This document shows, piece after piece, positions 20,426 to 30,253 of a stretch of 64,000 nt of DNA. Where the stretch lies: assembly GCA_963720545.1 (NCBI GenBank), contig OY970399.1:1376001-1440000 (forward strand). Reading direction: 5' to 3'. Numbering within the stretch: position 1 is the stretch's first letter; every line of letters begins with the position of its first letter. A program made the position numbers and the translations under genes. Source of the DNA: an uncultured Acidobacteriota bacterium (lineage in GTDB: Bacteria; Acidobacteriota; Vicinamibacteria; Fen-336). A model generated the notes under the pieces. That model ran no database searches. It was not told the DNA's origin and saw only the letters and a list, made by a program, of their open reading frames with translations.

Positions 20426-22501
20426 ATGAGCACCAGCTTCGCGCTTCGCGCCGCCCTCCTGCCCGCCCTGCTGGCCACTTTGGCCGGCTGTCAACCGAAG
20501 ACGCAGAAGCCGGAGCGCAAGGCCGCGCACAAGGTTTTCGTCATGGGTTTCGACGGCATGGATCCGAACCTGGCCCGCAAGTTCATGGACGAAGGCAAGT
20601 TGCCGAACCTCAAGAAACTGGCGGATGCCGGCACCTTCTCGAAGCTCGAGACCACACAGCCGTCCGAGTCCCCGGTGGCCTGGGCCAGCTTCGCGACCGG
20701 CGTCAACCCCGGCAAGCACAACATCTACGACTTCCTGGTGCGCAACCTGGACACGTACATGCCCGACCTCGCCGGCGTCGGCAAGGAGCCGCCGCGGTTC
20801 TTCTGGGGCATCCCGACGAAGGCCCCGCGGGTCTGGTCTACGCGCGGCGGGACGTCCTTCTGGGTGCACGCCGGTCTTGACGGTTTGCGCAGCACAGTGC
20901 TGACCGTGCCGATGACTTTCCCGCCCGAGGACATCGAGCACGGACGGATGCTGTCGGGCCTGCCGGCACCCGACGTGCGCGGCACCATCGGCACATTCAG
21001 CTACTGGGCGTCCGATGTCTCCTCGTTCGAGGAGGGCGCCAGCGAGTTCGGCGGCTGGACCAAGCGGCTCCTGTTCGAGAACGGAGTAGCGCACTCCTTC
21101 GTGCGCGGCCCGGAAAACCCGATCCTGCGCCAGGAAGAGACCGAACTGCGGGCGAAGCAGAAGGACGGCAAGCTATCCGAGAAGGACAGCGCGCGCCTCG
21201 AGGAGCTTGCCGGCACCAAGGACATCACGATCCCGCTGAACGTCACCTGGTCGGAGGGCAAGGGCGCCGCCGACATCGAGATCCAGGGCACCAAAATGAC
21301 GCTCAAGCCCGGCGAATGGAGCGCCTGGGTGCCGCTGTCCTTCTCGGCCAACTGGCTGGTGAAGATCAGGACGATGATGCAGTTCCTGGTGGTGCGCGCC
21401 GACAACGAGATCCAGATCTACGGCACGCCTGTGAATCTCGACCCGCGCAACCCGCCGACCCCGCTCTCGAAGCCGGACGGCTTCTCGAAGGAACTCGCAC
21501 AGGACGCCGGCCTGTTCCGCACCGTCGGCTGGGCCGAGCCAACCTGGCCGCTCAACGAGGGCCGCATCGACGAAGCCACGTTCATGAACGACTCGCAGCG
21601 CGCGTTCAAGGAGCGCGAGAACCTGATCTTCAGCCGGCTCAAGAAGGACGACTGGGACCTGTTCGTCGCCGTCATCGAGACGACCGACCGCGTCTCGCAC
21701 ATGATGTTCCGCCTCATCGACCCGAAGCACCCGATGTACGACGCCGAGCTGGCGGCCAGGCACGGCGACAGCATCGAGAAGGTGTACCGCTGGGCCGACG
21801 ACCTCGTGGGCCGCATCCAGCAGCAGCTACCGCCCGAGACCACGCTCTTCGTCATGTCCGACCACGGCTTCCATTCGTTCCGCCGCGGTGTCAACCTCAA
21901 CACTTGGCTGGCCCAGCACGGCTACCTGGTGTTCGAGGGCCAGCAGAGCGGCGAGAAGAAGACGCTTGCCGACCTGTTCGGCCACGGCAAGTTCTGGGAA
22001 GGCGTCGACTGGAGCCGCACGCGCGCCTACGCCGTGGGCCTCGGCCAGATCTACTTCAACCTGAAGGGCCGTGAGGCGCACGGCATCGTCTCCGCAGGGG
22101 CCGAGTACCAGGCGCTGCAGAACGAGATCGCGTCAGGCCTGCTGCCGGTCGTCGATCCCGAGTCGAACGGCCCGGTGTTCGGCGCCGTCTACAAGCGCGA
22201 CGACATCTACAAGGGCGACTACATCCAGAACGCGCCGGACGTGCAGGTGGGCTTCAACGACGGCTACCGCGTCGGCTGGCAGGACAGCCTCGGCCAGATC
22301 CAGCGCGAGGTGGTGGAGAACAACAACCGCAAGTGGAGCGGCGACCATTGCGCCACCGTCTCCGAAATCAGCGGCGGCGTCATCTTCTCGAACCGCAAGC
22401 TGAACCGCGAAAAGCCCCACATCATGGACCTGGCCTCAACCATCCTGAGCCTCCTCGGCGCCCCGGCGCCCCAGGACACAGACGGCTCCCCGCTGATGTA
22501 G
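20426..22501 (+). CDS. Alkaline-phosphatase-superfamily (type I phosphodiesterase/nucleotide pyrophosphatase) lipoprotein
   Basis: Lipobox LAGC; GFDGMD, PSESPVAWASFATG, TDRVSH, MSDHGF, WSGDH. Confidence 0.88.
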   Translation: MSTSFALRAALLPALLATLAGCQPKTQKPERKAAHKVFVMGFDGMDPNLARKFMDEGKLPNLKKLADAGTFSKLETTQPSESPVAWASFATGVNPGKHNIYDFLVRNLDTYMPDLAGVGKEPPRFFWGIPTKAPRVWSTRGGTSFWVHAGLDGLRSTVLTVPMTFPPEDIEHGRMLSGLPAPDVRGTIGTFSYWASDVSSFEEGASEFGGWTKRLLFENGVAHSFVRGPENPILRQEETELRAKQKDGKLSEKDSARLEELAGTKDITIPLNVTWSEGKGAADIEIQGTKMTLKPGEWSAWVPLSFSANWLVKIRTMMQFLVVRADNEIQIYGTPVNLDPRNPPTPLSKPDGFSKELAQDAGLFRTVGWAEPTWPLNEGRIDEATFMNDSQRAFKERENLIFSRLKKDDWDLFVAVIETTDRVSHMMFRLIDPKHPMYDAELAARHGDSIEKVYRWADDLVGRIQQQLPPETTLFVMSDHGFHSFRRGVNLNTWLAQHGYLVFEGQQSGEKKTLADLFGHGKFWEGVDWSRTRAYAVGLGQIYFNLKGREAHGIVSAGAEYQALQNEIASGLLPVVDPESNGPVFGAVYKRDDIYKGDYIQNAPDVQVGFNDGYRVGWQDSLGQIQREVVENNNRKWSGDHCATVSEISGGVIFSNRKLNREKPHIMDLASTILSLLGAPAPQDTDGSPLM

Positions 22502-22504
22502 CGG

Positions 22505-24589
22505 TTACTCCACGAGGCCGCCCATGAGCGGATCGGTGATGCTGTCTTCGCCGCTTTCGATGTGGCCCGCGAGCTGGCGCTCGAAGGACCCGTCGTCGGC
22601 CGCGGTGATGACGAAGTCGTACCAGCCGTGGGTGAGCGACAGCGGCCAGTGGCGTGACGCAGACTCGCCTTCGGCCAGGATGACGCGCGCCTGCGTGTGC
22701 GCGTTGTTGTTGGCGATCCGGACGTCGGCCTGGCTGCGGGCGCGGTTCGTGATCTCGAGGGTGATGCCCTTGCCCGCGGCGCCGTAGGTGGCGCGGACTT
22801 CGAGCTCGGCGTGGCCTTCATTGGCGGGTCCGCCCTTGAAGCTGCGCAGGAAGCCGTTCGGCCCATGGACGGTGAGGTCGTACTCGCCGGTGTTCCAGTC
22901 GTCGCTCACGTGCTTGCGCCGCTCGACCGTGTAGGTGCGGGGCGCATCGGCGCCGGGCGTACGTACCTGGAAGACCGCCGCCTGGTCGCCGGTGTTGCGG
23001 AAGTTGAGGCGGAAAGAGCCGCTCGCGGCGACCGACCCGTTCACGTGCAGCTCGTACGGCAGGGCGCGCGCCCGCTTCACGCCGCGTTCCTGCCGCGGCA
23101 GGGACTGGTTCGTGGGCGGCACCGGCACCTCGTCGGGCTGGCGTTCGAGCACCTCGGGCTTGTCGTCCACGGTGCTCGGCAGCATCAGGCGGCGGAGCAG
23201 GTTGGGCTTCTTGAAGTCGAAGGCGTTCGTCAGGTCGCCGCTGACGGCGCGGCGCCAGGGGGTGATGTTGCTTTCGATGAGGTCCGGACGGCCCTTGGCG
23301 AAGCGCTCCTCGAGGAAGCGGATCAGCGAAGTGTGGTCGAAGAGCTGCGAGTCGACCCAGCCGCCGCGGCTCCACGGCGAAACCACGAGCATCGGCACGC
23401 GCATGCCGAAGCCGTAGGGCGCGCTGACGAAGTCGGTGTCGCCGGGAAAGATCTCGTTGGTCGTCGGCACGGTCGAGAGACCCTCGGCGCGCGACTGCGG
23501 CGGGGTCGGCGGCACCAGGTGGTCGAAGAAGCCGCCCTCTTCGTCATAAGTAATGAAGAGCGCCGTCTTGCTGAAGACATCGGGCGAGGCGGCCAGGATG
23601 TCGATGATCTGCGAGAGGTACCAGGCGCCGAAGTCGGGCTCCCAGTTGGGGTGCTCGGTGTACGCCTCGGGCGCCACGATCCACGATACCTTCGGCAGCT
23701 TTCCACTGCGCACGTCGTCGCGGAAGATGTCGAGGAGCTTCTCGGGGTCGCGATTCTCGGCGCTGATGAGGGTGCCGGTCTTGGCGCGATCGGCGAGCGG
23801 CGTGCCGGGCGCCGCGTTCTGGTACTGGTGGAAATAGAGCAGCGAGTTGTCGCCGTAGTTACCGATGAATGGGTCGCCGGTCCAACCCCAGAACCCCGCC
23901 GCGTCGAGGCCGACGCCCTGGTCCTGGTAGACCTTCCAGGAGATGCCGTTGCGCTGCAGACGCTCGGGATAGGTCGACCAATCGTAGCCGGCTTCCGCGT
24001 TAGTGATCACCGGGCCGCCGCCGTTGCCGTCGTTCCCCACCCAGCCGGTCCACATGTGGTAGCGGTTAGGGTCGGTCGGGCCCATCAGCGAGCAGTAGTA
24101 GTTGTCGCAGATGGTGAACGCATCGGCGAGCGCGTACTGGTAGGGCAGGTCGGCGCGCGTGTGGTGCGTCATCGTCTGCACGCCCTTGTTCGGCACGAAC
24201 TGGTCGTGCCGGCCCGCGTTCCACGCGGCGTGCGTGTCGTTCCAGCCGTGCGGCGGGTCGGGCAGGAAGGTGGCGCCGAGGTCTTCGACCGGCGGGCGGA
24301 ACGGCAGCAGGTAGTTGGCACCGTCGGGCTGGTGGAACGCCGAGAGCCCCGAGGGCAGGCGCACCACGCGCGGGTCGGCGAAGCCGCGGACGCCGCGCAT
24401 CGTGCCGAAGTAGTGGTCGAACGAGCGGTTCTCCTGCATGAAGATGACGACGTGGCCGACGTCGGCGATGGTGCCCGTGGGGCTGTGCGCGTCGATGTCG
24501 AGCGCGCGGCTGATGCTGCCGGGCAGCGCCGCGGCCACCGCCGGTGCGCCCATCAGCTTGAGGAATGTGCGGCGGTTGTTCTCGGTCAT
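22505..24589 (-). CDS. Phosphocholine-specific phospholipase C (Tat-exported, phosphoesterase family with C-terminal beta domains)
   Basis: Tat motif NRRTFLK; MQENRSFDHYFG, TDPNR, TEHP, DEEGGFFDH, RVPMLVVSPWS, FDHTS, HGPNGFLR. Confidence 0.93.
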   Translation of the reverse strand: MTENNRRTFLKLMGAPAVAAALPGSISRALDIDAHSPTGTIADVGHVVIFMQENRSFDHYFGTMRGVRGFADPRVVRLPSGLSAFHQPDGANYLLPFRPPVEDLGATFLPDPPHGWNDTHAAWNAGRHDQFVPNKGVQTMTHHTRADLPYQYALADAFTICDNYYCSLMGPTDPNRYHMWTGWVGNDGNGGGPVITNAEAGYDWSTYPERLQRNGISWKVYQDQGVGLDAAGFWGWTGDPFIGNYGDNSLLYFHQYQNAAPGTPLADRAKTGTLISAENRDPEKLLDIFRDDVRSGKLPKVSWIVAPEAYTEHPNWEPDFGAWYLSQIIDILAASPDVFSKTALFITYDEEGGFFDHLVPPTPPQSRAEGLSTVPTTNEIFPGDTDFVSAPYGFGMRVPMLVVSPWSRGGWVDSQLFDHTSLIRFLEERFAKGRPDLIESNITPWRRAVSGDLTNAFDFKKPNLLRRLMLPSTVDDKPEVLERQPDEVPVPPTNQSLPRQERGVKRARALPYELHVNGSVAASGSFRLNFRNTGDQAAVFQVRTPGADAPRTYTVERRKHVSDDWNTGEYDLTVHGPNGFLRSFKGGPANEGHAELEVRATYGAAGKGITLEITNRARSQADVRIANNNAHTQARVILAEGESASRHWPLSLTHGWYDFVITAADDGSFERQLAGHIESGEDSITDPLMGGLVE

Positions 24590-24665
24590 TCGCGGCCTCG
24601 CTTCCTGCAGGAGTGTTGAAAAAGGAAATGCAGATTGCAGGCGAAGCTAGCGAGGCGGTGTTCGT

Positions 24666-24698
24666 TCGCTGTGAAGCCGCTGCGACAGCGAGGTAAAA
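24666..24698 (-). promoter_or_regulatory. Possible Pho-box-like 11-bp direct repeats upstream of phospholipase C
   Basis: Minus strand reads TTTTACCTCGC / TGTCGCAGCGG / CTTCACAGCGA, followed by TAGCTT (possible -10); degenerate match. Confidence 0.3.
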
Positions 24699-24731
24699 CT
24701 TCCAGCGCATCAACGCGACGCGCCGTTCAGT

Positions 24732-27700
24732 TCAGTGGCGACACTCCCCAGGGCGCGTCTCGGTGTTGGTTGGGACGTAGCCGCCTGGAAGACGCTCGAA
24801 GAAGAGCTGCGGGCGCTTCTTTGGCGTGGCGCCGACTTCGTCCATGGTCGAGACGTCGTAGAGGTGGCCGTTCACCATCACGTGCGTGAGGCGGTCCGAC
24901 TGGCGGATGTCTTTCAGCACGTCGCCGTCGATGACGGCGAGGTCGGCGAGCTTGCCCGGCTCGAGCGAGCCGATGTCCTTGTCCATGCCGAGGTACTTTG
25001 CCGGGTTGAGCGTCGCCGAGCGCAGCGCCTCGAGCGGCGTCAGGCCGCCCTTCACCAGCATCCACATCTCCCAGTGCGTGCCGAGGCCCTCGCGCTGGCC
25101 GTGGGCGCCGGTATTTACGGGCACGCCGGCGTGCTGCAGCATGGCCGCGGTCTTCGCCACCTCGATGACGTTGAAGTCGCCTTCCGGCGCCGTCTCGCGG
25201 CGGATCGCGCGCGCGTCGAGGATGGTGCGCGGCACGTACTTGCTCAGGAGCGGGTGCTGCCAGACATCGGTGGTTGCGTAGAAGTAGTGCTCGCCGTCGA
25301 GGCCGCCGAAGGCCACGATCAGGGTCGGCGTGTAACCGACGCCGGTGCCTGACCAGAGCTGGCGGACGTCGTCGTAGAGCTTCGCCAGCGGGATCGCGTG
25401 CTCGATGCCGGTGTGCCCGTCAACCACCATGCTCATGTTCATCTGGAACAGCGAGCCGCCTTCCGGCACCACCATCATGTGCGTTTCGCGCGCGGCGGCA
25501 ATGATCTCCTGGCGCTGCTCGCGGCGCGGTTGGTTGTAGCTCTTCACCGAGATGGCGCCGGCGGCCTTCATCCGCTTGAGGTGCGCGAGCGCGTCGTCGT
25601 AGGAATCGATCTTCGCCGTGGACGCGGACTTGGCGCCGTAGAGGATGGTGCCCGTGGAAAAAATCCGCGGCGCCACCACCAGGCCGGCCTTCTGCATCTC
25701 GGCGTGGGTGAAGATCTCGCCGGTGTCGTTCGACGGATCGTGGACCGTGGTGACGCCGAACGCGAGCGAGGCCAGATCGACCCAGCTCTGCTGCGGGATG
25801 AAGCCGTCCTCCCCCATGCCGCCGTGCCAATGAGCGTCGATGAACCCGGGCACGATGGTCTTGCCCTTGAGGTCGACGATGGTCGCTCCCGCCGGCACGC
25901 TCACCGATGCCGACGGGCCGAGCGCCGCGATGCGGTTGCCGGTGACGACGACGGTGCCGTCCTCGATGACGTCGTCGCCGTGCATCGTCACGATGCGGGC
26001 GCCGCGCAGTGCGACGGTTGCCGCGGGCTTCGCGGCCTTCTCGCTGAAGCCGATGCGCAGCCCGTCCTCGCCCGGCTTCGGCAGCTCCTTCGGCGCGCCG
26101 TCTACGAAACTGAAGGCGTCCTGCAGCGAGCGCGAGAAGAGCTGGTCGCCGAGGACGAAATGCAGCTGCTTGCTGTCGCCCGACCAGTGCAGCGATTCAC
26201 CGGCGTTCGCCGACACGCGCGTCTGCGGCAGCGCGTCCGCCTCGGGCCCGACTTCCTGCGGCTTGCCGTAGGGCGCCATCGGCGTGACGTAGACGCGGAA
26301 CCCTTCGACGAACGCGAGCCACTTGCCGTCCGGCGACAGTGCAAACTCGGTGGCGCGTTCGCTCTTGGCCGCGGTCCGCTCTTCGCCGCCGTCGAGGTTC
26401 ATCGCGACGAGCGTCGCCGACAGGTCCACTTCGTTGTCTACGCTGGTGCGTGTCACGTAGACACGGTCGCCCGTGGCTGCGAACTGCGGCGCGGCGCCGT
26501 CGGCGGTGATCTTCTTCGGCGTGCCGCTGCCGTCGGTGGCGGTGCGGAAGATGCCGGTCTCGAGGCCGTGCCATGGAGACGTGAGGAAGCCGCCGCGAGC
26601 GCGCTGGTAGACAACCAGCTTGCCGTCGGGCGAGAAGCACGGCGAAAGGTACTTCCCCGGCTCCTTCGTCACCGTGGTCTCGCGGCCCGTCTTGACGTCG
26701 ATGCTGCGGATACTGCCGAGCGTTTCGTCGTTCCAGGCGACGAACACGACGCTCTTGCCGTCGCGCGACCATGCCGGAAAGAACTCGAAGCGGTCCGAAG
26801 CGGTGGTGAGGCGTTTGGGGGTGCCGTTTGGCAGCGCGCGCACATAGAGATGACCCATCGCCGAGTACAACACCTCGCCGCCCGACGGCGACACGCTCGC
26901 CCAGCGCAGCTGGTGCACGTCGAAGCTCTCGGGCGCCACGGGCGTCTCGAACCGCACCGCCTTGCGTACTTCGCGAGTGTCCTTCACGTGGAACACGATC
27001 TCGCGCGGTGCGCCGCCCTTCACCGGCACGCGCCACAGTTTGCCCTGGGCCCAGACCACGATCTCCTTGCTGTCCGGGGTGAACGCGAACGACGGGTAGA
27101 CGCCGTGGATCGCCCACGCCTCCTGCAGGTCGCGCTCGAGGCCGTCCCAGACCGGCTGCTCCTCGCCGCTCTTCAGGTCCTTGACGAAGAGGGTGCTGCG
27201 CATGCGCACGCGGCGCACGAACGCGAGCATGCTGCCGTCGCGCGACGGCACCGGACGCACCGCCCCGCCCGGACCGGTGACGAACGGCTCGATGGTGCCG
27301 TCCCGCGTGTCGAGGCGCTGGATGACGTAGATCTGGGCGTTCGAGTTCTTGTTGTACTGGAAGACCCGGCCTGGAGTGGTGTCCTGCGAAAAGTAGACGT
27401 AGCGGCCGTCAGGCGAGAACGCCGGTTCGCCGAGATCCTTCTGCCAGTTGGGCTTTTCGTTGAGGCGCACGCCCTTGCCGGTGATGCCGGCGTGGTACAG
27501 CCAGATCTCGCCGGAGCCGAGGCTGCGCGTGCCGGTGAAATGCTTGCGCACGGCGATGTACTCGCCGTTCGGATGCCAGGTCGGGTTGTTGACGAGGCGG
27601 AAGCTCTCGTTCGTCACCGCGCGCTGGTTCTTGCCGTCGCGGTCCATCACCCAGGCGTTGTCGCCGCCGCCCTGGTCGCTCATGTACGCGAGGCGCTTGC

Positions 27701-28010
27701 CGTCGGGCGAGAAGCGCGCCTGCATCTCCCAGGCGATCGAGTGCGTCAGCGCGGTCGCTTCGCCGCCCTCGATTGGCATCGTGTAGATGTCGCCCAGCAT
27801 GTCGAAGACCAGCGTCTTGCCGTCGGGGCTGACGTCGACGCTCATCCAGGTGCCGGTGCGGGTGTCGATCGCAACCGTGGTGGCCTCGCCCGGCGGCGCG
27901 TTCACGTCCCACTTCTTCGCCTTGTCGTCTTTGTCCTTCGCGGGGTCTTCCGCGTAGGCAACCACCAGGACCGAGGCGCCAAGCGCCGCCGCGACGAGAA
28001 ATGAGCGCAT
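24732..28010 (-). CDS. Secreted amidohydrolase with N-terminal TolB-like (PD40) beta-propellers
   Basis: Signal peptide MRSFLVAAALG; repeated SPDGK/SPDGR units; PGFIDAHWH, FGVTTVHDP, GAHGQ, GSLEPGKLADL. Confidence 0.92.
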   Translation of the reverse strand: MRSFLVAAALGASVLVVAYAEDPAKDKDDKAKKWDVNAPPGEATTVAIDTRTGTWMSVDVSPDGKTLVFDMLGDIYTMPIEGGEATALTHSIAWEMQARFSPDGKRLAYMSDQGGGDNAWVMDRDGKNQRAVTNESFRLVNNPTWHPNGEYIAVRKHFTGTRSLGSGEIWLYHAGITGKGVRLNEKPNWQKDLGEPAFSPDGRYVYFSQDTTPGRVFQYNKNSNAQIYVIQRLDTRDGTIEPFVTGPGGAVRPVPSRDGSMLAFVRRVRMRSTLFVKDLKSGEEQPVWDGLERDLQEAWAIHGVYPSFAFTPDSKEIVVWAQGKLWRVPVKGGAPREIVFHVKDTREVRKAVRFETPVAPESFDVHQLRWASVSPSGGEVLYSAMGHLYVRALPNGTPKRLTTASDRFEFFPAWSRDGKSVVFVAWNDETLGSIRSIDVKTGRETTVTKEPGKYLSPCFSPDGKLVVYQRARGGFLTSPWHGLETGIFRTATDGSGTPKKITADGAAPQFAATGDRVYVTRTSVDNEVDLSATLVAMNLDGGEERTAAKSERATEFALSPDGKWLAFVEGFRVYVTPMAPYGKPQEVGPEADALPQTRVSANAGESLHWSGDSKQLHFVLGDQLFSRSLQDAFSFVDGAPKELPKPGEDGLRIGFSEKAAKPAATVALRGARIVTMHGDDVIEDGTVVVTGNRIAALGPSASVSVPAGATIVDLKGKTIVPGFIDAHWHGGMGEDGFIPQQSWVDLASLAFGVTTVHDPSNDTGEIFTHAEMQKAGLVVAPRIFSTGTILYGAKSASTAKIDSYDDALAHLKRMKAAGAISVKSYNQPRREQRQEIIAAARETHMMVVPEGGSLFQMNMSMVVDGHTGIEHAIPLAKLYDDVRQLWSGTGVGYTPTLIVAFGGLDGEHYFYATTDVWQHPLLSKYVPRTILDARAIRRETAPEGDFNVIEVAKTAAMLQHAGVPVNTGAHGQREGLGTHWEMWMLVKGGLTPLEALRSATLNPAKYLGMDKDIGSLEPGKLADLAVIDGDVLKDIRQSDRLTHVMVNGHLYDVSTMDEVGATPKKRPQLFFERLPGGYVPTNTETRPGECRH

Positions 28011-28129
28011 AAGTGTCGTTGACCTCGCGGCGGATTCTACGGTGGCTGCCCCGCCAGGCTCCACGGGCCGATTCAGGGGGCTGGATTGCGTTCGCGCGGC
28101 CTGTTTGCGCCCCGGTTCACGGCGCGCCT

Positions 28130-28135
28130 TATACT
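28130..28135 (+). promoter_or_regulatory. -10 hexamer (TATACT) 6 nt before the ATG; probable leaderless promoter
   Basis: TATACT-tgcttc-ATG; same geometry at 20414, 37470 and 38633. Confidence 0.55.
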
Positions 28136-28141
28136 TGCTTC

Positions 28142-29368
28142 ATGAGTGCCCGCGCCCGCCTGTTCGTCGCTTTCGTCTCCACCGGCCTCATCGGCTTCCT
28201 GCTTGCCGGCGCCGTTGCCGGCCGGGTCTTCGGTGACACCGCCTACGGCCAGCTCACGCTCTTCAATGAGGTGCTGCGCCACGTGCTCGACGGCTACGTG
28301 GACGCGCTGACGCCGGAACGGCTCGACAGCGCGATGGAAGCGGCCGACATGGGCCTGATGGACGCGCTCGACGGCGACACTGCCTACCTCGGGCCGGAAG
28401 ACTGGCGCGCCTACCGCGAGAAGAGCGCCGTGAGCGAGGCCGAAACCGGCATCGCGCTGGGCCGGCGCTTCGGCTTCCTGATGGTGATCGCCACCCGGCC
28501 TGGGTCGCCTGCCGACAAGGCCGGAGTGCGCGCCGGCGACTTCCTCAAGACGATCGACGACCGCCACACCCGCTCCATCAGCATCGCCGTCGGCGACCGC
28601 CTGCTGCGCGGGGCGCCCGGCTCCGAGGTGAAGCTGCGGGTGCTGCGCTCGCGCGCCGAGCCCATCGAATTCAGCATCGTGCGCGAGCGGCTGACCGCGA
28701 CCCCGGTGGAGCGCCGCGTGCTGGGCGAGGGCAACGGCTACATCCACGTGACCGACTTCGAGGGCGACGCGGCGCGCGAAATCCGCGATGCGGTCGAGTC
28801 GCTGAAGCGCGCCGGCATCCGCAACCTGGTGCTCGACCTGCGCGGCGCTTCGTTCGGGCCGCTCGAGCAGGGCTCGGCCGCGGCGCAGCTGTTCGTGCAG
28901 AGCGGTGTGGTCGCGCGCCTCGCGCCCCGCTCGGGCGCCGAGCAGACGACGAGCGCCGACCCCGCAAAGGTCGCCTGGGAAGGCCCGCTCGTGACTCTCG
29001 TGAACGGCGGCACGTCCGGACCGGGCGAAGTGCTCACCGCGGCGCTCGCCGATTCGGGCCGGTCGTCCACGGTGGGACAGAAGACCTTCGGCCGCGTCGG
29101 TGTGCAGCGCGACTCGCCGCTCGACGACGGCGGCCTCATCGTCACCGTCAGCCGCTACATTTCGCCGAAGGGCACGGCCATCCACGGCAAGGGCATCGAG
29201 CCCTCGGTGGTGGTGGCGCTCGCCGCGCCGGGTTCGCTCGCGACCAGCGACGATGACGATGACGAAGCGCCCGAGGCCGAGAAGCCGGGCCCGCAACCGA
29301 ACACCGACCCGGTGCTCGACAAGGCGCTCGAGGTCCTGAAAACCGGAGTCGTGAAGAAAGCGGCCTGA
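28142..29368 (+). CDS. S41 (CtpA/Prc-like) PDZ protein, probably catalytically inactive
   Basis: N-terminal TM, PDZ (GSPADKAGVRAGD), GYIHV, LVLDLRG, LVNGGTSGPGE, TFGRVG, YISPKG..IHGKGIEP. Confidence 0.85.
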   Translation: MSARARLFVAFVSTGLIGFLLAGAVAGRVFGDTAYGQLTLFNEVLRHVLDGYVDALTPERLDSAMEAADMGLMDALDGDTAYLGPEDWRAYREKSAVSEAETGIALGRRFGFLMVIATRPGSPADKAGVRAGDFLKTIDDRHTRSISIAVGDRLLRGAPGSEVKLRVLRSRAEPIEFSIVRERLTATPVERRVLGEGNGYIHVTDFEGDAAREIRDAVESLKRAGIRNLVLDLRGASFGPLEQGSAAAQLFVQSGVVARLAPRSGAEQTTSADPAKVAWEGPLVTLVNGGTSGPGEVLTAALADSGRSSTVGQKTFGRVGVQRDSPLDDGGLIVTVSRYISPKGTAIHGKGIEPSVVVALAAPGSLATSDDDDDEAPEAEKPGPQPNTDPVLDKALEVLKTGVVKKAA

Positions 29369-29417
29369 TCCCCTCGGCGCGGCGCCGCCGGGCCGTCATG
29401 CCACATTCGTTGCAGAG

Positions 29418-29433
29418 CGTGACTCGCGTCACA
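29418..29433. promoter_or_regulatory. CRP-like palindrome CGTGA-N6-TCACA
   Basis: One mismatch to TGTGA-N6-TCACA; in the intergenic region about 150 nt upstream of a Crp/Fnr gene. Confidence 0.5.
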
Positions 29434-29583
29434 CAAGCGTCGAAACCGCGGCGCGATACTCGCTCTCGACCAGCTGCAATCGTCGGCCCTCCCGGACTCG
29501 ATGATCGAGTAGCGAAAGCCGCCCCTCCCGCACGTACCGCTACAGAAGCGTACTCGCGTGCCGTTGCCGGAGAACGTTCGTAG

Positions 29584-30180
29584 ATGTTGCAGCGCATCAA
29601 GCAGAACATCGCCCAGTACGCGGCGATCGACGACTCGCAGTTCCACTACTTCTTCTCGCTCCTCAAGCACAAACACCTCGAAAAGCAGCGGCCGCTGCTG
29701 GTCGCCGGCGACGTGTGCTCGTTCGAGGGGTACGTCGAGGCCGGCTGCCTGCGCGTCTTCTGCACCGACAGCGCCGGCTCCGACCACGTGCTCGCGTTCG
29801 CCTCCGAAGACCAGTGGGTGGTGGACATCGACAGCTACAGCAGCCAGAAGCCGGCGCAGCTCGGCATCACGGCGCTCGAGAACACCAGTGTCTGGCTCAT
29901 CGACAAGGCCAGCAAGGAGCGCCTCTACGAACGCATACCGGCATTCGAGCGCGTGTTTCGCCTGATGGCGCAGGATGCGGTCGCGGCACTGCAGCAGCGC
30001 CTGCTCGCGAACATGCACCTCACGGCGGACCAGCGCTACCTCGAGTTTCGCGAAGCTTATCCCGGGCTCGAGAACCGCGTGCCGCAATACGAGATCGCGG
30101 CCTACCTCGGCATCTGCCCGGAATTTCTCAGCAAGATCCGCCGCAAGTTGATGGGGGGCACAGCGCCGGGAATTTCTTGA
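29584..30180 (+). CDS. Crp/Fnr family transcriptional regulator
   Basis: cNMP-binding-like N-domain (GDVC..GCLRVF, ITALENT); C-terminal HTH QYEIAAYLGICPEFLSKIR. Confidence 0.9.
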   Translation: MLQRIKQNIAQYAAIDDSQFHYFFSLLKHKHLEKQRPLLVAGDVCSFEGYVEAGCLRVFCTDSAGSDHVLAFASEDQWVVDIDSYSSQKPAQLGITALENTSVWLIDKASKERLYERIPAFERVFRLMAQDAVAALQQRLLANMHLTADQRYLEFREAYPGLENRVPQYEIAAYLGICPEFLSKIRRKLMGGTAPGIS

Positions 30181-30190
30181 ACTACTTCAA
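30177..30190. promoter_or_regulatory. FNR-like palindrome TTGAA-N4-TTCAA
   Basis: Perfect 5-bp inverted repeat overlapping the Crp gene stop, 63 nt upstream of the di-heme gene ATG; AT-rich in a GC-rich background. Confidence 0.6.
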
Positions 30191-30253
30191 TGCCGGGCGC
30201 GCAGTGAGCGGCCTACTCTGCCGCCACACCCAATCTGCCCCGGGGGACGCCCA

